32,000 nt of DNA from Candidatus Saccharimonadota bacterium (GTDB lineage: Bacteria; Patescibacteriota; Saccharimonadia; Saccharimonadales; Saccharimonadaceae), in NCBI GenBank assembly GCA_001897305.1, contig MKSO01000001.1, positions 90,001-122,000 of the forward strand, read 5' to 3'. Each line of letters begins with the position of its first letter. The stretch's first letter is position 1. The translations under genes and the position numbers were made by a program. Of the stretch, positions 15,590 to 24,821 are shown in pieces. The notes under the pieces are model-generated. The model saw nothing but the letters and a program-made list of their open reading frames with translations, had not been told where the DNA came from and did no database searches.

Positions 15590-17779
15590 ATGGGAGGACG
15601 AAGACTCGCAACTCCACAGGCAGACGATGCTGCCAAAAACCCTCGCGGTCGCTACAATAACAACGGTCAAAATGGCCAAAATAACCAGCGTCCAAAGCAA
15701 AACAACACTGTACTGGCTAACACGCAAACGCGTCGTGGTGAAGTATTCCGCGCCCAACGCCGTACCAGTGATGATGTTAATGCTCGCGCTTCACAGCACG
15801 TTATTAACGTTCCAGTAAATAAGTCGATCTACAACGGCTACAAAGGTCGTCAATTTAGTATTGCTGACCAAAAGAAACAACCACGTACTCCTGGTCCACG
15901 TCTGCGCGTGATTCCAATTGGTGGGCTTGGTGAAATGGGTATTGGTAAGAACATGATGGCTATCGAATACGATAACGACATCATTGTCATTGACATGGGC
16001 TTCTTGTTCCCAGGCTCAGATTACCCAGGTATTAACTATATTGTGCCGGACATTACGTACCTGCTTGAGAACAAGCATAAAATCCGCGGTATTATCTTTA
16101 CCCACGGGCACCTTGACCACATTGGTGCGGTGCGTCACTTACTTCACCAGCTACCTGCGCCGGTGTATGGCTCTAAGTTTACCCTTGCTATGGTGCAAAA
16201 GAACATGGAAGAAGCCACAACCGAATACGCACCCGACTATCACGTCATGGACCCAGAGGCGCACGAGCAAGTCTTCTTAGGTGATAATTTCAGCATTGAG
16301 TTGGTGCGTGTGAACCACTCAATTCCTGACGCCACCGCTGTAGTTGTTCGCACTCCAGAAGGTGTCGTGGTCGACACTGGTGACTGGCGCTTCGAAGATA
16401 ATCCAGTTGACGGCGTAAAGTTTGACCTCGACCGTTTAACGGAGATTGCCACCAAAGAAGGCATTACGCTTCTTATGAACGAATCCACTAACTGTGAGTC
16501 AGATGGTACCCACACCCACGGTGAGTTTGATATCCAACAGAGCATGGGTCAGGTAATGGAGAAGTATCCAAACAGCCGCCTTATTATTAGTGCCTTTAGT
16601 AGCCAGATTCACCGTATGCAAATTATCCTCGACGAGGCTAAAAAGCATGGTCGTAAGGTAGCCTTTGCTGGTTACAGTATGATCCAAAACGTTGAAGTAG
16701 CGCTTCGCACAGGTACTATTACCGTTCCTAAGGACGTTATCGTAAAGATGGAAGACATCATTAAGCTGCCTGATAGCAAGGTAACTATTATCTGTACCGG
16801 TTCACAGGGTGAGTTTAGCGCTGTGCTTAACCGTATGGCCAATGGTTCACACAAGTACATCAAAATTAAGAACAGCGACCAAATCGTCTTCAGCTCAAAC
16901 CCAATCCCTGGTAACGAAAAGTACGTTACCCGTACCGTTGATGGTTTGATGCGTGAGGGTAGTGGTGTTATTCAAAACGGCAAGACCCACCTTACGGGTA
17001 TTGGCCCGCTTCACCTTTCTGGCCACGGCTACTACGATGACCACGTTAAGCTTATCAATGCTCTTAACCCGACCTTTTACATGCCAATCCACGGTGAATT
17101 CCACATGTTGGTGCACAACGCCGAGCTAGCCGAAAAAGAGGCAGCCATTCCACGCGACAACATCTTCGTGTGTGACTCTGGTGATGTTGTAGAGATTAGC
17201 CAGGGCCAAGCCCGTAAAGCAGGGCGCGTGCCGGTTGGTGGCGTTATGTATGACGACTCTGGCGAGATCGTATCTGAAGTTGTCTTGAAAGACCGCATTC
17301 ACATGAGCAACGAAGGTATCTTTGTTGTCGTGTTGACTGTGCAAAAGGGGAGTGGACGGTTGCTTACTAGCCCTGATATCATCAGCCGTGGGTTTATTTA
17401 CCTGCGCGATAGCGAAGAGCTCATGGGTATCATTCGCCAGTACTTGAAGCAAAAAGTAGCCCGCACCTTTAACGGCCGCAAGGTTGACCTTGATGTTGCT
17501 AAGAAGGAAATTAAAGACGAATTAACCCACGTGTTGTATGACCAAACTCGTCGTACGCCTATTGTTATCCCAGTTATTAACGAAATTGGTGGCGGCGGTA
17601 AGCCACAAAACAATGGTGATCGTGGCAATGCCCAGGGCGAACAACAAAACCGTGGCCAGGGTAATCAGGGTGGCAATCGTCCGTTCAAGCGACCTGCTCC
17701 AAAATCATTTCCAGCGCCGGCAGTGCCGGATAGCGAAGCTATCGAGCCAAAGGTTCGTAGCGATACGCGCGGCTACTAA
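15590..17779 (+). CDS. rnj: ribonuclease J with N- and C-terminal low-complexity extensions
   Basis: Metallo-beta-lactamase motif FTHGHLDHIG, a beta-CASP core and a C-terminal domain. About 105 aa of N/Q/R-rich N-terminus and about 70 aa of G/N/Q/R-rich C-terminus. Confidence 0.9.
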   Translation: MGGRRLATPQADDAAKNPRGRYNNNGQNGQNNQRPKQNNTVLANTQTRRGEVFRAQRRTSDDVNARASQHVINVPVNKSIYNGYKGRQFSIADQKKQPRTPGPRLRVIPIGGLGEMGIGKNMMAIEYDNDIIVIDMGFLFPGSDYPGINYIVPDITYLLENKHKIRGIIFTHGHLDHIGAVRHLLHQLPAPVYGSKFTLAMVQKNMEEATTEYAPDYHVMDPEAHEQVFLGDNFSIELVRVNHSIPDATAVVVRTPEGVVVDTGDWRFEDNPVDGVKFDLDRLTEIATKEGITLLMNESTNCESDGTHTHGEFDIQQSMGQVMEKYPNSRLIISAFSSQIHRMQIILDEAKKHGRKVAFAGYSMIQNVEVALRTGTITVPKDVIVKMEDIIKLPDSKVTIICTGSQGEFSAVLNRMANGSHKYIKIKNSDQIVFSSNPIPGNEKYVTRTVDGLMREGSGVIQNGKTHLTGIGPLHLSGHGYYDDHVKLINALNPTFYMPIHGEFHMLVHNAELAEKEAAIPRDNIFVCDSGDVVEISQGQARKAGRVPVGGVMYDDSGEIVSEVVLKDRIHMSNEGIFVVVLTVQKGSGRLLTSPDIISRGFIYLRDSEELMGIIRQYLKQKVARTFNGRKVDLDVAKKEIKDELTHVLYDQTRRTPIVIPVINEIGGGGKPQNNGDRGNAQGEQQNRGQGNQGGNRPFKRPAPKSFPAPAVPDSEAIEPKVRSDTRGY

Positions 17780-17790
17780 CCATAAGCCTC

Positions 17791-17819
17791 TTGCAAAATG
17801 TGGTAAATTTTGCTATAAT
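17791..17819 (+). promoter_or_regulatory. promoter: TTGCAA, 17-nt spacer, TGCTATAAT
   Basis: Near-consensus -35, 17-nt spacer and extended -10. A second TATAAT at 17849-17854 lies 9 nt before the ftsK ATG. Confidence 0.6.
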
Positions 17820-17863
17820 ATAGCTCATCAATAAGGGTAGAAAGCCCGTATAATAAAAAGCAT

Positions 17864-20131
17864 ATGGCAAAAAAGAAACGCAAGTCAGCTGGTCGTAAAA
17901 AAGCTCCCGTAAGTACTGCACCTCAGCATGTATTGCCAAACGGTTTCTGGGCCCAGGTGGGGGCGGTGCTTCTTATTGTCTTCTCGCTGCTTATTATCCT
18001 AGGCTGGTTTGGCCTGGGCGGTCCTGTGCTTGATTGGCTTAACCAAGTAACGGTGGCTACTATTGGGTACGGTGTTTACGTTGTGCCAGTAGTCTTTATG
18101 TATGTTGCTGTCGAGATCTTCCGCGCCGAAGATAACCGCATTCCGTTTGTTATGAAGTTTGCGACAGCTATCGAACTGATCTGGTTTGCTGGTCTATTTG
18201 GCTTACTAAAGAACTCAGAAGGTAAGACTACCGGCGGCTTTGTGGGAGACGCGGTCAATAGTGCTATGCTGCAGCTTGCCAACGCTGGGTTGGCGGCATT
18301 TATTTACATCATTCTTATCTTACTTACCGCTTTGTTTATTACGCGCACCTCTCCTATAACGATTATTAAAAAGCTTTGGGAAATATCGCGCCGCGACACG
18401 TCCGAACAAGAGGCAAATGTTAAAGTCATGCGTAATGCCGCTACGCTTGATGCGCCAAAAGGTAAAACGGCCATGGCTGAATTTACCGTCAATGCCGGTG
18501 TTTCAACCCTTGACCCAGCCGAGGCAGCTACTAAAAAGAGCCCTCATCTTGGTTCATTGAAAAACAGTGTTACTAAGGACAAGGCTGCCGAAGAGCAAGC
18601 TGCGCTCGTGGCGGTTAACGACCCTAATTGGAAGTCGCCAAGTGTCGATCTTCTCGAGAAGAAGCAATCACCAGCTGACGCGGGTGACGTTCAGCAGAAC
18701 GCTCAAACCATTAAGGATACACTGGCCGAATTCAATATTGCCGTTGAAATGGAAGGCGCCAATATCGGCCCTAAAGTGACGCAATATACCCTCCGTCCAC
18801 CTAGTGGTGTGAAGTTAACTAAGATTACCGCACTTGAAACCAACATTGCGCTTAATTTGGCAGCACAAAGCCTTCGTATGGAAGCGCCCATTCCTGGTCA
18901 GAAGGCGGTTGGTATCGAGGTGCCGAACCGTAAAGCGGCTGATGTACGCCTGCACTCTATTATTACCAGTAAACAATGGACAGGTGATCACGAACCATTG
19001 GCGTTTGCAATTGGTAAGGATATTGCCGGGGATGCGGTAGTAGGTGAGTTGAACAAAATGCCCCACCTTCTTATTGCGGGTCAGACCGGTTCTGGTAAGT
19101 CAGTTATGATTAACACGTTGCTTACAAGCTTGCTGTACCGCAATAGCCCAAGTGAAATGAAGCTGATTCTGGTGGACCCTAAGCAGGTGGAAATGGCACC
19201 TTATGAGGATATTCCACACCTTATTACCCCTGTTATTAACGAACCCGAGAAGACCATCAGCGCACTTAAATGGGCGGTTAACGAGATGGAGCGCCGCTAC
19301 AAACTATTGGCTGAACACAAAGTGCGTGACATTAAAACGTACAACACCATGGTAAATAGCGGGAAGACTAAAATAGTTGTTCAGGACGAAGATGGCCACG
19401 AGCAACAGCACGAAAATGGGGCTATGCCGTACATTGTGATTGTCATCGATGAGCTCGCCGATCTCATGATGGTGGCTGCCCGCGATGTCGAGGCCTTAAT
19501 TGTGCGTTTGGCGCAAAAAGCCCGTGCTGTCGGTATTCACCTGGTGCTTGCTACGCAGCGCCCGTCAGTCGATGTTATTACCGGCCTTATTAAAGCCAAC
19601 GTACCAGCTCGTATTGCCTTCACGGTAGCTTCACAAGTAGACTCACGTACCATCCTTGATCAAATTGGTGCCGAAAAGCTGCTTGGCCAGGGTGACATGC
19701 TTATGAGCACTGCTGCCATGCCAAAACCAAAGCGTATCCAAGGTGCATGGGTAACCGATGAAGAAGTTATGAAGATTACTGATCACTTGCGCTTACAATC
19801 ACCGCCACAGTACAACGACGAAGTAGTAAGCCAACCAGTCCAGCTGAACGGTAAAGGTGGGGTTGTGATGGACTTCGATAGCAACAATGGTAACGACGAT
19901 ATGTTCCAAGACGCCGTGCGCTGTGTAATCGAGAGTGGTAAAGCTTCGGCCAGCTTATTGCAGCGTCGTCTGCGCGTTGGCTACGCCCGTGCGGCACGTT
20001 TAATTGAAGAAATGGAAGAGCAGGGCATTATTGGCCCAGCTGATGGTGCCCGACCACGTGACGTATTGGTTTCAAGCATGGATGACGTGTTTGGGGGCAG
20101 CGGTAGTAACGACGATGAAGAGCTTGGATAA
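17864..20131 (+). CDS. ftsK: DNA translocase FtsK/SpoIIIE
   Basis: N-terminal TM helices, a linker, a motor domain with Walker A GQTGSGKS and Walker B VIVIDELADL, and a gamma winged-helix domain (SLLQRRLRVGYARAARLIEEME). Confidence 0.95.
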   Translation: MAKKKRKSAGRKKAPVSTAPQHVLPNGFWAQVGAVLLIVFSLLIILGWFGLGGPVLDWLNQVTVATIGYGVYVVPVVFMYVAVEIFRAEDNRIPFVMKFATAIELIWFAGLFGLLKNSEGKTTGGFVGDAVNSAMLQLANAGLAAFIYIILILLTALFITRTSPITIIKKLWEISRRDTSEQEANVKVMRNAATLDAPKGKTAMAEFTVNAGVSTLDPAEAATKKSPHLGSLKNSVTKDKAAEEQAALVAVNDPNWKSPSVDLLEKKQSPADAGDVQQNAQTIKDTLAEFNIAVEMEGANIGPKVTQYTLRPPSGVKLTKITALETNIALNLAAQSLRMEAPIPGQKAVGIEVPNRKAADVRLHSIITSKQWTGDHEPLAFAIGKDIAGDAVVGELNKMPHLLIAGQTGSGKSVMINTLLTSLLYRNSPSEMKLILVDPKQVEMAPYEDIPHLITPVINEPEKTISALKWAVNEMERRYKLLAEHKVRDIKTYNTMVNSGKTKIVVQDEDGHEQQHENGAMPYIVIVIDELADLMMVAARDVEALIVRLAQKARAVGIHLVLATQRPSVDVITGLIKANVPARIAFTVASQVDSRTILDQIGAEKLLGQGDMLMSTAAMPKPKRIQGAWVTDEEVMKITDHLRLQSPPQYNDEVVSQPVQLNGKGGVVMDFDSNNGNDDMFQDAVRCVIESGKASASLLQRRLRVGYARAARLIEEMEEQGIIGPADGARPRDVLVSSMDDVFGGSGSNDDEELG

Positions 20132-20205
20132 GCCAACAAGTCGCCACATTTCTTGATCGGGTTATTTTTAACGAACTCCCATTTCGCGAGCAGCACAATC
20201 CTAAA

Positions 20206-20745
20206 GTGGTTGTGCTGTTTTCTGGTGGTAATGGCGTGGGTAAGTCAACACTGGCACGGTATCTACAGCAAGAATTCAAAGCGCTGGTTATTGAAAATGA
20301 TGCTATACGTACCGCACTTTTAGATTACGAACCCGAGCTTATTAACGATCGAGAATGCCTCGGTAATGTAATGTGGAACTATACCACGGACCTATACCCA
20401 TCGTTGGCTTCGCGTACTCCTAATGGCCTTGTCGTACGAGATGCAGTAGTTGACTGGAGCTTTGAGAAAATCATTCCCATGTTTCAAAAAGCAGGGTACA
20501 AATTGTTTATTGTACGTTTTGAACTCTCGCGCGAAAAACGCATAGAACTTTTGAAAGCACGCGGCGGTAAGCAGTGGATAAGCCTCGAGAACTTTATAGA
20601 GATGATGGACTTGCATGATATGCACGAGGCGCGTTTTTTAAGCCAGTATACGCCAGACGTTGTTTTGACGGATGAGACGGTTTTTCAATATCAAAATGTA
20701 GCCAAGGTATTAACGAAAAAACTTCAGTCGATAAATACACAGTAA
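20206..20745 (+). CDS. P-loop NTPase/kinase-like protein, 179 aa
   Basis: GTG start. Walker A GGNGVGKST at residues 7-15. No further assignment possible. Confidence 0.55.
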   Translation: MVVLFSGGNGVGKSTLARYLQQEFKALVIENDAIRTALLDYEPELINDRECLGNVMWNYTTDLYPSLASRTPNGLVVRDAVVDWSFEKIIPMFQKAGYKLFIVRFELSREKRIELLKARGGKQWISLENFIEMMDLHDMHEARFLSQYTPDVVLTDETVFQYQNVAKVLTKKLQSINTQ

Positions 20746-20781
20746 TTTAATAATAGCCTGTCACAATAAGAGGTAGCCTCC

Positions 20782-20810
20782 TTGCAAAAAGAGGCAACCT
20801 ACGGTATAAT
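20782..20810 (+). promoter_or_regulatory. promoter: TTGCAA, 17-nt spacer, TATAAT, upstream of rpsF
   Basis: TTGCAA at 20782-20787, exactly 17 nt, then TATAAT at 20805-20810. Confidence 0.6.
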
Positions 20811-20830
20811 TACCAGTGTTAATAACTCAA

Positions 20831-20878
20831 GCTTGCCATCATTTCTTATTTGCGAGATGAAACATGGAAAGGGCAAGC
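20831..20878 (+). promoter_or_regulatory. structured 5' leader of rpsF (candidate S6:S18-responsive leader)
   Basis: GCTTGCCAT (20831-20839) pairs with ATGG...GGCAAGC (20864-20878). An inner stem forms from TTTC/GAAA. It lies between the promoter and the SD AAGGAG (20921-20926). Confidence 0.35.
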
Positions 20879-20933
20879 ATCCCTGCATAAACCTCACTAG
20901 GCGAATGTAGCGGATTCCAAAAGGAGACAACTA

Positions 20934-21296
20934 GTGAAGGAATACGAACTTACCGTTCTAATCCACCCAGATCTCGAAGCAGATTTGGAAACACCACTTG
21001 CGAAAGTGCGTGATATTGTCAAAAACGCTGGCGGTACCGTCACTCGTGAAGACAACTGGGGTAAAAAGAAGCTGATGTACCCCATCAAGCGCGAAGAATT
21101 TGCTGTGTACGTCTACATGGACGTAGAACTACCAGCTGACGCACCGCTAAAGATCAGCAACATCCTAAACATTACTGACGAAGTTCTCCGTTACCTACTG
21201 GTAAAGGTTGACCCTAAGGCTCGTGCTGCCCTTGCAGAACAAGCTAAGAAGGCCGAAGAGAACAAGACTTCAGAAGCAACCAACGAAGAAGCATAG
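20934..21296 (+). CDS. rpsF: 30S ribosomal protein S6
   Basis: GTG start after AAGGAG. KEYELTVLIHPDLE...WGKKKLMYPIKREEFAVYVYMDV is typical of S6. Confidence 0.95.
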   Translation: MKEYELTVLIHPDLEADLETPLAKVRDIVKNAGGTVTREDNWGKKKLMYPIKREEFAVYVYMDVELPADAPLKISNILNITDEVLRYLLVKVDPKARAALAEQAKKAEENKTSEATNEEA

Positions 21297-21336
21297 TTAA
21301 CGGCTTACAAAGAGAGAGTAGAGGGGAGTAAAGAAT

Positions 21337-21780
21337 ATGGCACGAAGCATTAACCAAGTAATCCTGATGGGGCGCCTTACCCGCGACCCAGAGCAGCGCA
21401 CAACCAGTACTGGTAAAACAATTGCAAGCTTCAGTATTGCAGTTGACCGTGGTGGTCAAGACGACGCAGCTGATTTCTTTAACGTAACAGCGTGGGAAAA
21501 GCTTGGCGAGCTCGTTATGCAGTACCTTGCAAAGGGCCGCCGTGTTCTGGTGCAGGGCCGTTTGCGTCAAGACAGCTGGGACGATAAGGAAACTGGTAAA
21601 AAACAATCTCGTATTGAAGTTGTTGCAACCGACGTAACCTTCCTTGACGGTCCTAATGGTGGCGATGGTGCTGCAAGTGCCGGTTCTAGCTCGAGTTCTG
21701 CTTCTAAGAACAACTCGAAAGATGTCGTTATTGAAGACATCGACGACAAACCAATTGATTTAAGTGAAATTCCTTTCTAG
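21337..21780 (+). CDS. ssb: single-stranded DNA-binding protein
   Basis: OB-fold N-terminus INQVILMGRLTRDPE, a Gly/Ser-rich linker and an acidic tail ending DLSEIPF. Confidence 0.95.
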   Translation: MARSINQVILMGRLTRDPEQRTTSTGKTIASFSIAVDRGGQDDAADFFNVTAWEKLGELVMQYLAKGRRVLVQGRLRQDSWDDKETGKKQSRIEVVATDVTFLDGPNGGDGAASAGSSSSSASKNNSKDVVIEDIDDKPIDLSEIPF

Positions 21781-21820
21781 ATAGCCCACGCGGCACTAGA
21801 AAGTACAGGAGATAAGAATA

Positions 21821-22021
21821 ATGGCAAAACGACTTAAGAAAGATACGCCTGCATACTTTGACTACAAAGATGTAAAAACTTTGCAGCGTTACGTAAACAT
21901 GTACGGACAGATCGAACCAATCGGTAAGACTGGCCTCAGCGCAAAGCAGCAACGTCAATTGGCTGTTGCTATCAAGCGTGCTCGTCACCTCGCATTACTA
22001 CCATTCGTAGCACAGGGCTAG
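21821..22021 (+). CDS. rpsR: 30S ribosomal protein S18
   Basis: 66 aa. [48 protein letters not shown]. Confidence 0.95.
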   Translation: MAKRLKKDTPAYFDYKDVKTLQRYVNMYGQIEPIGKTGLSAKQQRQLAVAIKRARHLALLPFVAQG

Positions 22022-22030
22022 GGTGTTGGT

Positions 22031-22600
22031 ATGGCGCAACTTCAACCAACCGATCTGAAGAAGGGCGTTGTCGTTCAAATCGACAACAAGCCTTTTAAAG
22101 TAATCGACTACAACCAAAAGGTAATGGGTCGCGGCGGAAGTATCGTCAACGTGCGTCTAAAGAACCTTATTGATGGTTCGGTTATACCAAAGACGTACAA
22201 AGGCCAAGAAAAAGTTGATTCTGCTGAGGTGACGTACCAAACGGTACAGTACCTCTACAAAGATGCTGACAACTTCTATTTCATGGACCCAGAAACCTTC
22301 GAGCAGTTCCAGCTACCAGCCGATGTGTGTGAAGACGCCGCGCCTTATCTAAAAGAAGGCGACAACCTGTCACTACAGCAGTTTGATGGCCGTGTTATCA
22401 ACGTCGAACTTCCAAAAAACCTCTACCTTGAGGTTACCTACACCGAGGATGTTGTAAAGGGTGACACCACCAGTAGTGTTCTAAAGGACGCAACGCTCGA
22501 AACAGGGCTTGTTATTAAGGTGCCAGCGTTTATTAAGACGGGTGACGTTATCTCGGTTGATACCGAAACCGGTGCCTACCGCGAACGTAAAAAGGACTAA
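22031..22600 (+). CDS. efp: elongation factor P
   Basis: 189 aa. The N-terminal KOW-like region ...NQKVMGRGGSIVNVRLKNL and two OB domains. Confidence 0.95.
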   Translation: MAQLQPTDLKKGVVVQIDNKPFKVIDYNQKVMGRGGSIVNVRLKNLIDGSVIPKTYKGQEKVDSAEVTYQTVQYLYKDADNFYFMDPETFEQFQLPADVCEDAAPYLKEGDNLSLQQFDGRVINVELPKNLYLEVTYTEDVVKGDTTSSVLKDATLETGLVIKVPAFIKTGDVISVDTETGAYRERKKD

Positions 22601-22608
22601 TATACACT

Positions 22609-23103
22609 ATGCTACTCGCCAAAGAGGCAGAAGCCAGAGCATCGTCGGCAAAGTTTTTGCCGGCGTTCTTTGTTGAGCCTCTTGAGCGAGGCGAGACTAT
22701 TGCGACTGATGCCTTGCCGCCACATGTTGCGCTCTATTCAGAGGTGAACATGCTATATAGGCCAAAGATGGATGAATTAGTCCGTTTTGCCGTGCAAGGC
22801 ATTGCTCCGCACGAGATTAAACTAGCCGAACGAACCTATGACGATACGAACGGCTCATCAACTTTCCGCGTTATGGGCAGCCTGTCGCTAAGTATGACCT
22901 ACCGCTCACTCTTTACGATTCTTCAAAGCTTTTCCCGTGAAACTGTTCAGCCGTTTCGCCCTAAGATTGTTGTGCCGCAAGGTCCATCGCAGCTGCACGA
23001 GGATCAACATTTATCAGTGAATAGCATTACTGTCATTGAGACATATGCCCAAACCTCTGACTGGGAGGTGGTCGATGTTATTCCTTTAAGGGGTAAAGTA
23101 TGA
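22609..23103 (+). CDS. hypothetical protein, 164 aa
   Basis: ORF in backbone composition, tightly packed between efp and tlyA (ATGA overlap with tlyA). No confident domain. Confidence 0.5.
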   Translation: MLLAKEAEARASSAKFLPAFFVEPLERGETIATDALPPHVALYSEVNMLYRPKMDELVRFAVQGIAPHEIKLAERTYDDTNGSSTFRVMGSLSLSMTYRSLFTILQSFSRETVQPFRPKIVVPQGPSQLHEDQHLSVNSITVIETYAQTSDWEVVDVIPLRGKV

Positions 23104-23831
23104 AGAACCGTTTAGACGCCGAACTAGTAAAGCGCGGGCTTGTTCAAAGTCGCTCTCAGGCCGAGAGTTGGATAAAACTGGGTAAAGTCACCGTTGATGG
23201 CAGGATAGTTACTAAATCAGGTCATTTTGTGCACGAGGCTAGTGATATTAAACTTACCACCACCGAACAATATGTTAGCAGGGCTGGCCTTAAATTAGCC
23301 AGTGTCGCAAAACTGTTAGGTGTTTCATTTAAAGATGCAGTTGTGCTCGATGTCGGTAGTAGTACGGGTGGTTTCACCGATTACGCTCTACAGCACGGAG
23401 CTAAGAAGGTATATGCCGTCGATGTAGGTACAGACCAGCTTCATCCTAGTTTGCAAGGCCATGAGCTCATTGAGCTACACGAGAAAACTGATATTCGAGA
23501 TTTTATTCCCAGTGAAACACCCGACATTATTGTTATCGACGTTTCTTTTATAAGCTTACGAGAAATCTTGCCACATTTAGCACATAGTGTAGCCGGCCCA
23601 AACACGGCCATTATGGCAATGGTAAAACCCCAGTTTGAAGCCGGGCGCAACCAAACCAACAAAGGGGTGATTAAGAATGATTCCGTCCGTCGCCAGATAT
23701 TGAAGGACTTTGAAGATTGGTCACGCGACTTGTTTGTTATAAAAGACAAGCGCGATAGTGAAGTGGCGGGGTCGAAGGGGAATAGAGAGCGATTTTATTT
23801 GCTGAATTTAGGGCTGAGGCAGCGGCCCTGA
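23100..23831 (+). CDS. tlyA: TlyA-family rRNA 2'-O-methyltransferase (S4 domain + FtsJ-like methyltransferase)
   Basis: RLDAELVKRGLVQSRSQAESWIKLGKVTVDG (S4 domain), the SAM motif VLDVGSSTGGFTD, and DVSFISL. Confidence 0.9.
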   Translation: MKNRLDAELVKRGLVQSRSQAESWIKLGKVTVDGRIVTKSGHFVHEASDIKLTTTEQYVSRAGLKLASVAKLLGVSFKDAVVLDVGSSTGGFTDYALQHGAKKVYAVDVGTDQLHPSLQGHELIELHEKTDIRDFIPSETPDIIVIDVSFISLREILPHLAHSVAGPNTAIMAMVKPQFEAGRNQTNKGVIKNDSVRRQILKDFEDWSRDLFVIKDKRDSEVAGSKGNRERFYLLNLGLRQRP

Positions 23832-24782
23832 GGACGCCGAATTACCTGCGGTGCCTTTCCAGGCCCAGCCAGGTGAATCACCGTCTGCGTAGGTATAGGC
23901 AGTAGACCCTTCGGTGAGCATTATTGCATCCCAATACGTATCACCACCACCTTGTCGAGCACCGTTGTATAGCCGAGCAAAGGCTTCGGTTGCATTAGTA
24001 GGTACTGTAAAAGTAACATTTAAGCGAGTGGTACCTGTCGCATTGGTGGCCTGCTGAGAAGAAGTGGGGACGTACCCAGCAGTTCCTTCTTTTGTATAGA
24101 CAACGATTGTTCTTGCGCGGGTGTCTAGCGTTCCTGACATTGCTGAGGGTACGCGAATTGTAGCAGAGAGGGTATACGTTTTTCCAGGCTCAAGGCCCAT
24201 ACGGATGCCACCACTATCACCACCAATTGCCGAAAAGCTATCGGAACTTGAGGTTGAGCCGGGTACTTGCCTTAGCGACCGAGTTCCTTGGGCGGCCCAG
24301 TTGGTGCTCATCGTAGCAGATACGTTTGATGCACCGTAGGTGCTGATGTCGTTCTCTATACTAGGGTTTGTCGTAAGGTTAGTAATAGCCGCCACGCCGT
24401 TAGCGGCGTGTCCAGGGTAAGCGCCTGGAGTGGGCTGGGTATTGGTGCTTGATATGTAATACGAGAACTTTCCGCTCGTAGCAGTAAGGCCAAACTTTTG
24501 AGGAGAGGCGGTATTATCAACAGTATACTGCAGTTTTTGTTGGTCGGAGCCGCTTATATCAATTGCACTTAGGCTTGAAGGGTAGTCGCCGTTGTTTAGT
24601 GTTGCGTAGAACTGAACCTTTTTGCCTACTTGCTGGGCCATACTTTGGGCTGCTGACTGCATAGCACGGTTGTTGATGCCGTTATAGGATATTAGGGTGA
24701 TAGCTGCAAGTATAGCTATCACCACGACGACGATGAGTAACTCTACTATAGTAAAGCCATGTCGCTTTTTTATTGCCCACAT
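23808..24782 (-). CDS. type IV pilin-like protein fused to a CBM-like jelly-roll C-terminal domain, 324 aa
   Basis: KKRHG/FTIVELLIVVVVIAILAAITLISYNG N-terminus. The C-terminal part shows NPSIEND...GTRSL...GKTYTLSATIRV...ARLYNG...YWDAIMLTEG and YADGDSPGWAWKGTAGNSAS. Its 3' end overlaps tlyA by 24 nt (convergent). Confidence 0.8.
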   Translation of the reverse strand: MWAIKKRHGFTIVELLIVVVVIAILAAITLISYNGINNRAMQSAAQSMAQQVGKKVQFYATLNNGDYPSSLSAIDISGSDQQKLQYTVDNTASPQKFGLTATSGKFSYYISSTNTQPTPGAYPGHAANGVAAITNLTTNPSIENDISTYGASNVSATMSTNWAAQGTRSLRQVPGSTSSSDSFSAIGGDSGGIRMGLEPGKTYTLSATIRVPSAMSGTLDTRARTIVVYTKEGTAGYVPTSSQQATNATGTTRLNVTFTVPTNATEAFARLYNGARQGGGDTYWDAIMLTEGSTAYTYADGDSPGWAWKGTAGNSASSGPLPQP

Positions 24783-24791
24783 ATGGAGGTA

Positions 24792-24800
24792 ATTATAGCA
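24792..24800 (-). promoter_or_regulatory. extended -10 promoter TGCTATAAT (minus strand), 9 nt before the pilin ATG
   Basis: The reverse complement of ATTATAGCA. There is no SD between the box and the ATG. Confidence 0.5.
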
Positions 24801-24821
24801 TAAGTGGGTTGTTTGGAGGGT

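Noticed and set aside
22609-23103. 2H phosphoesterase/LigT-like assignment for the 164-aa protein (PPHVAL resembles an HxT/S motif).
   Set aside because: Only one degenerate H-x-A-x motif is present, and the second motif position reads RPKIVV. This is too weak to call without a profile search.
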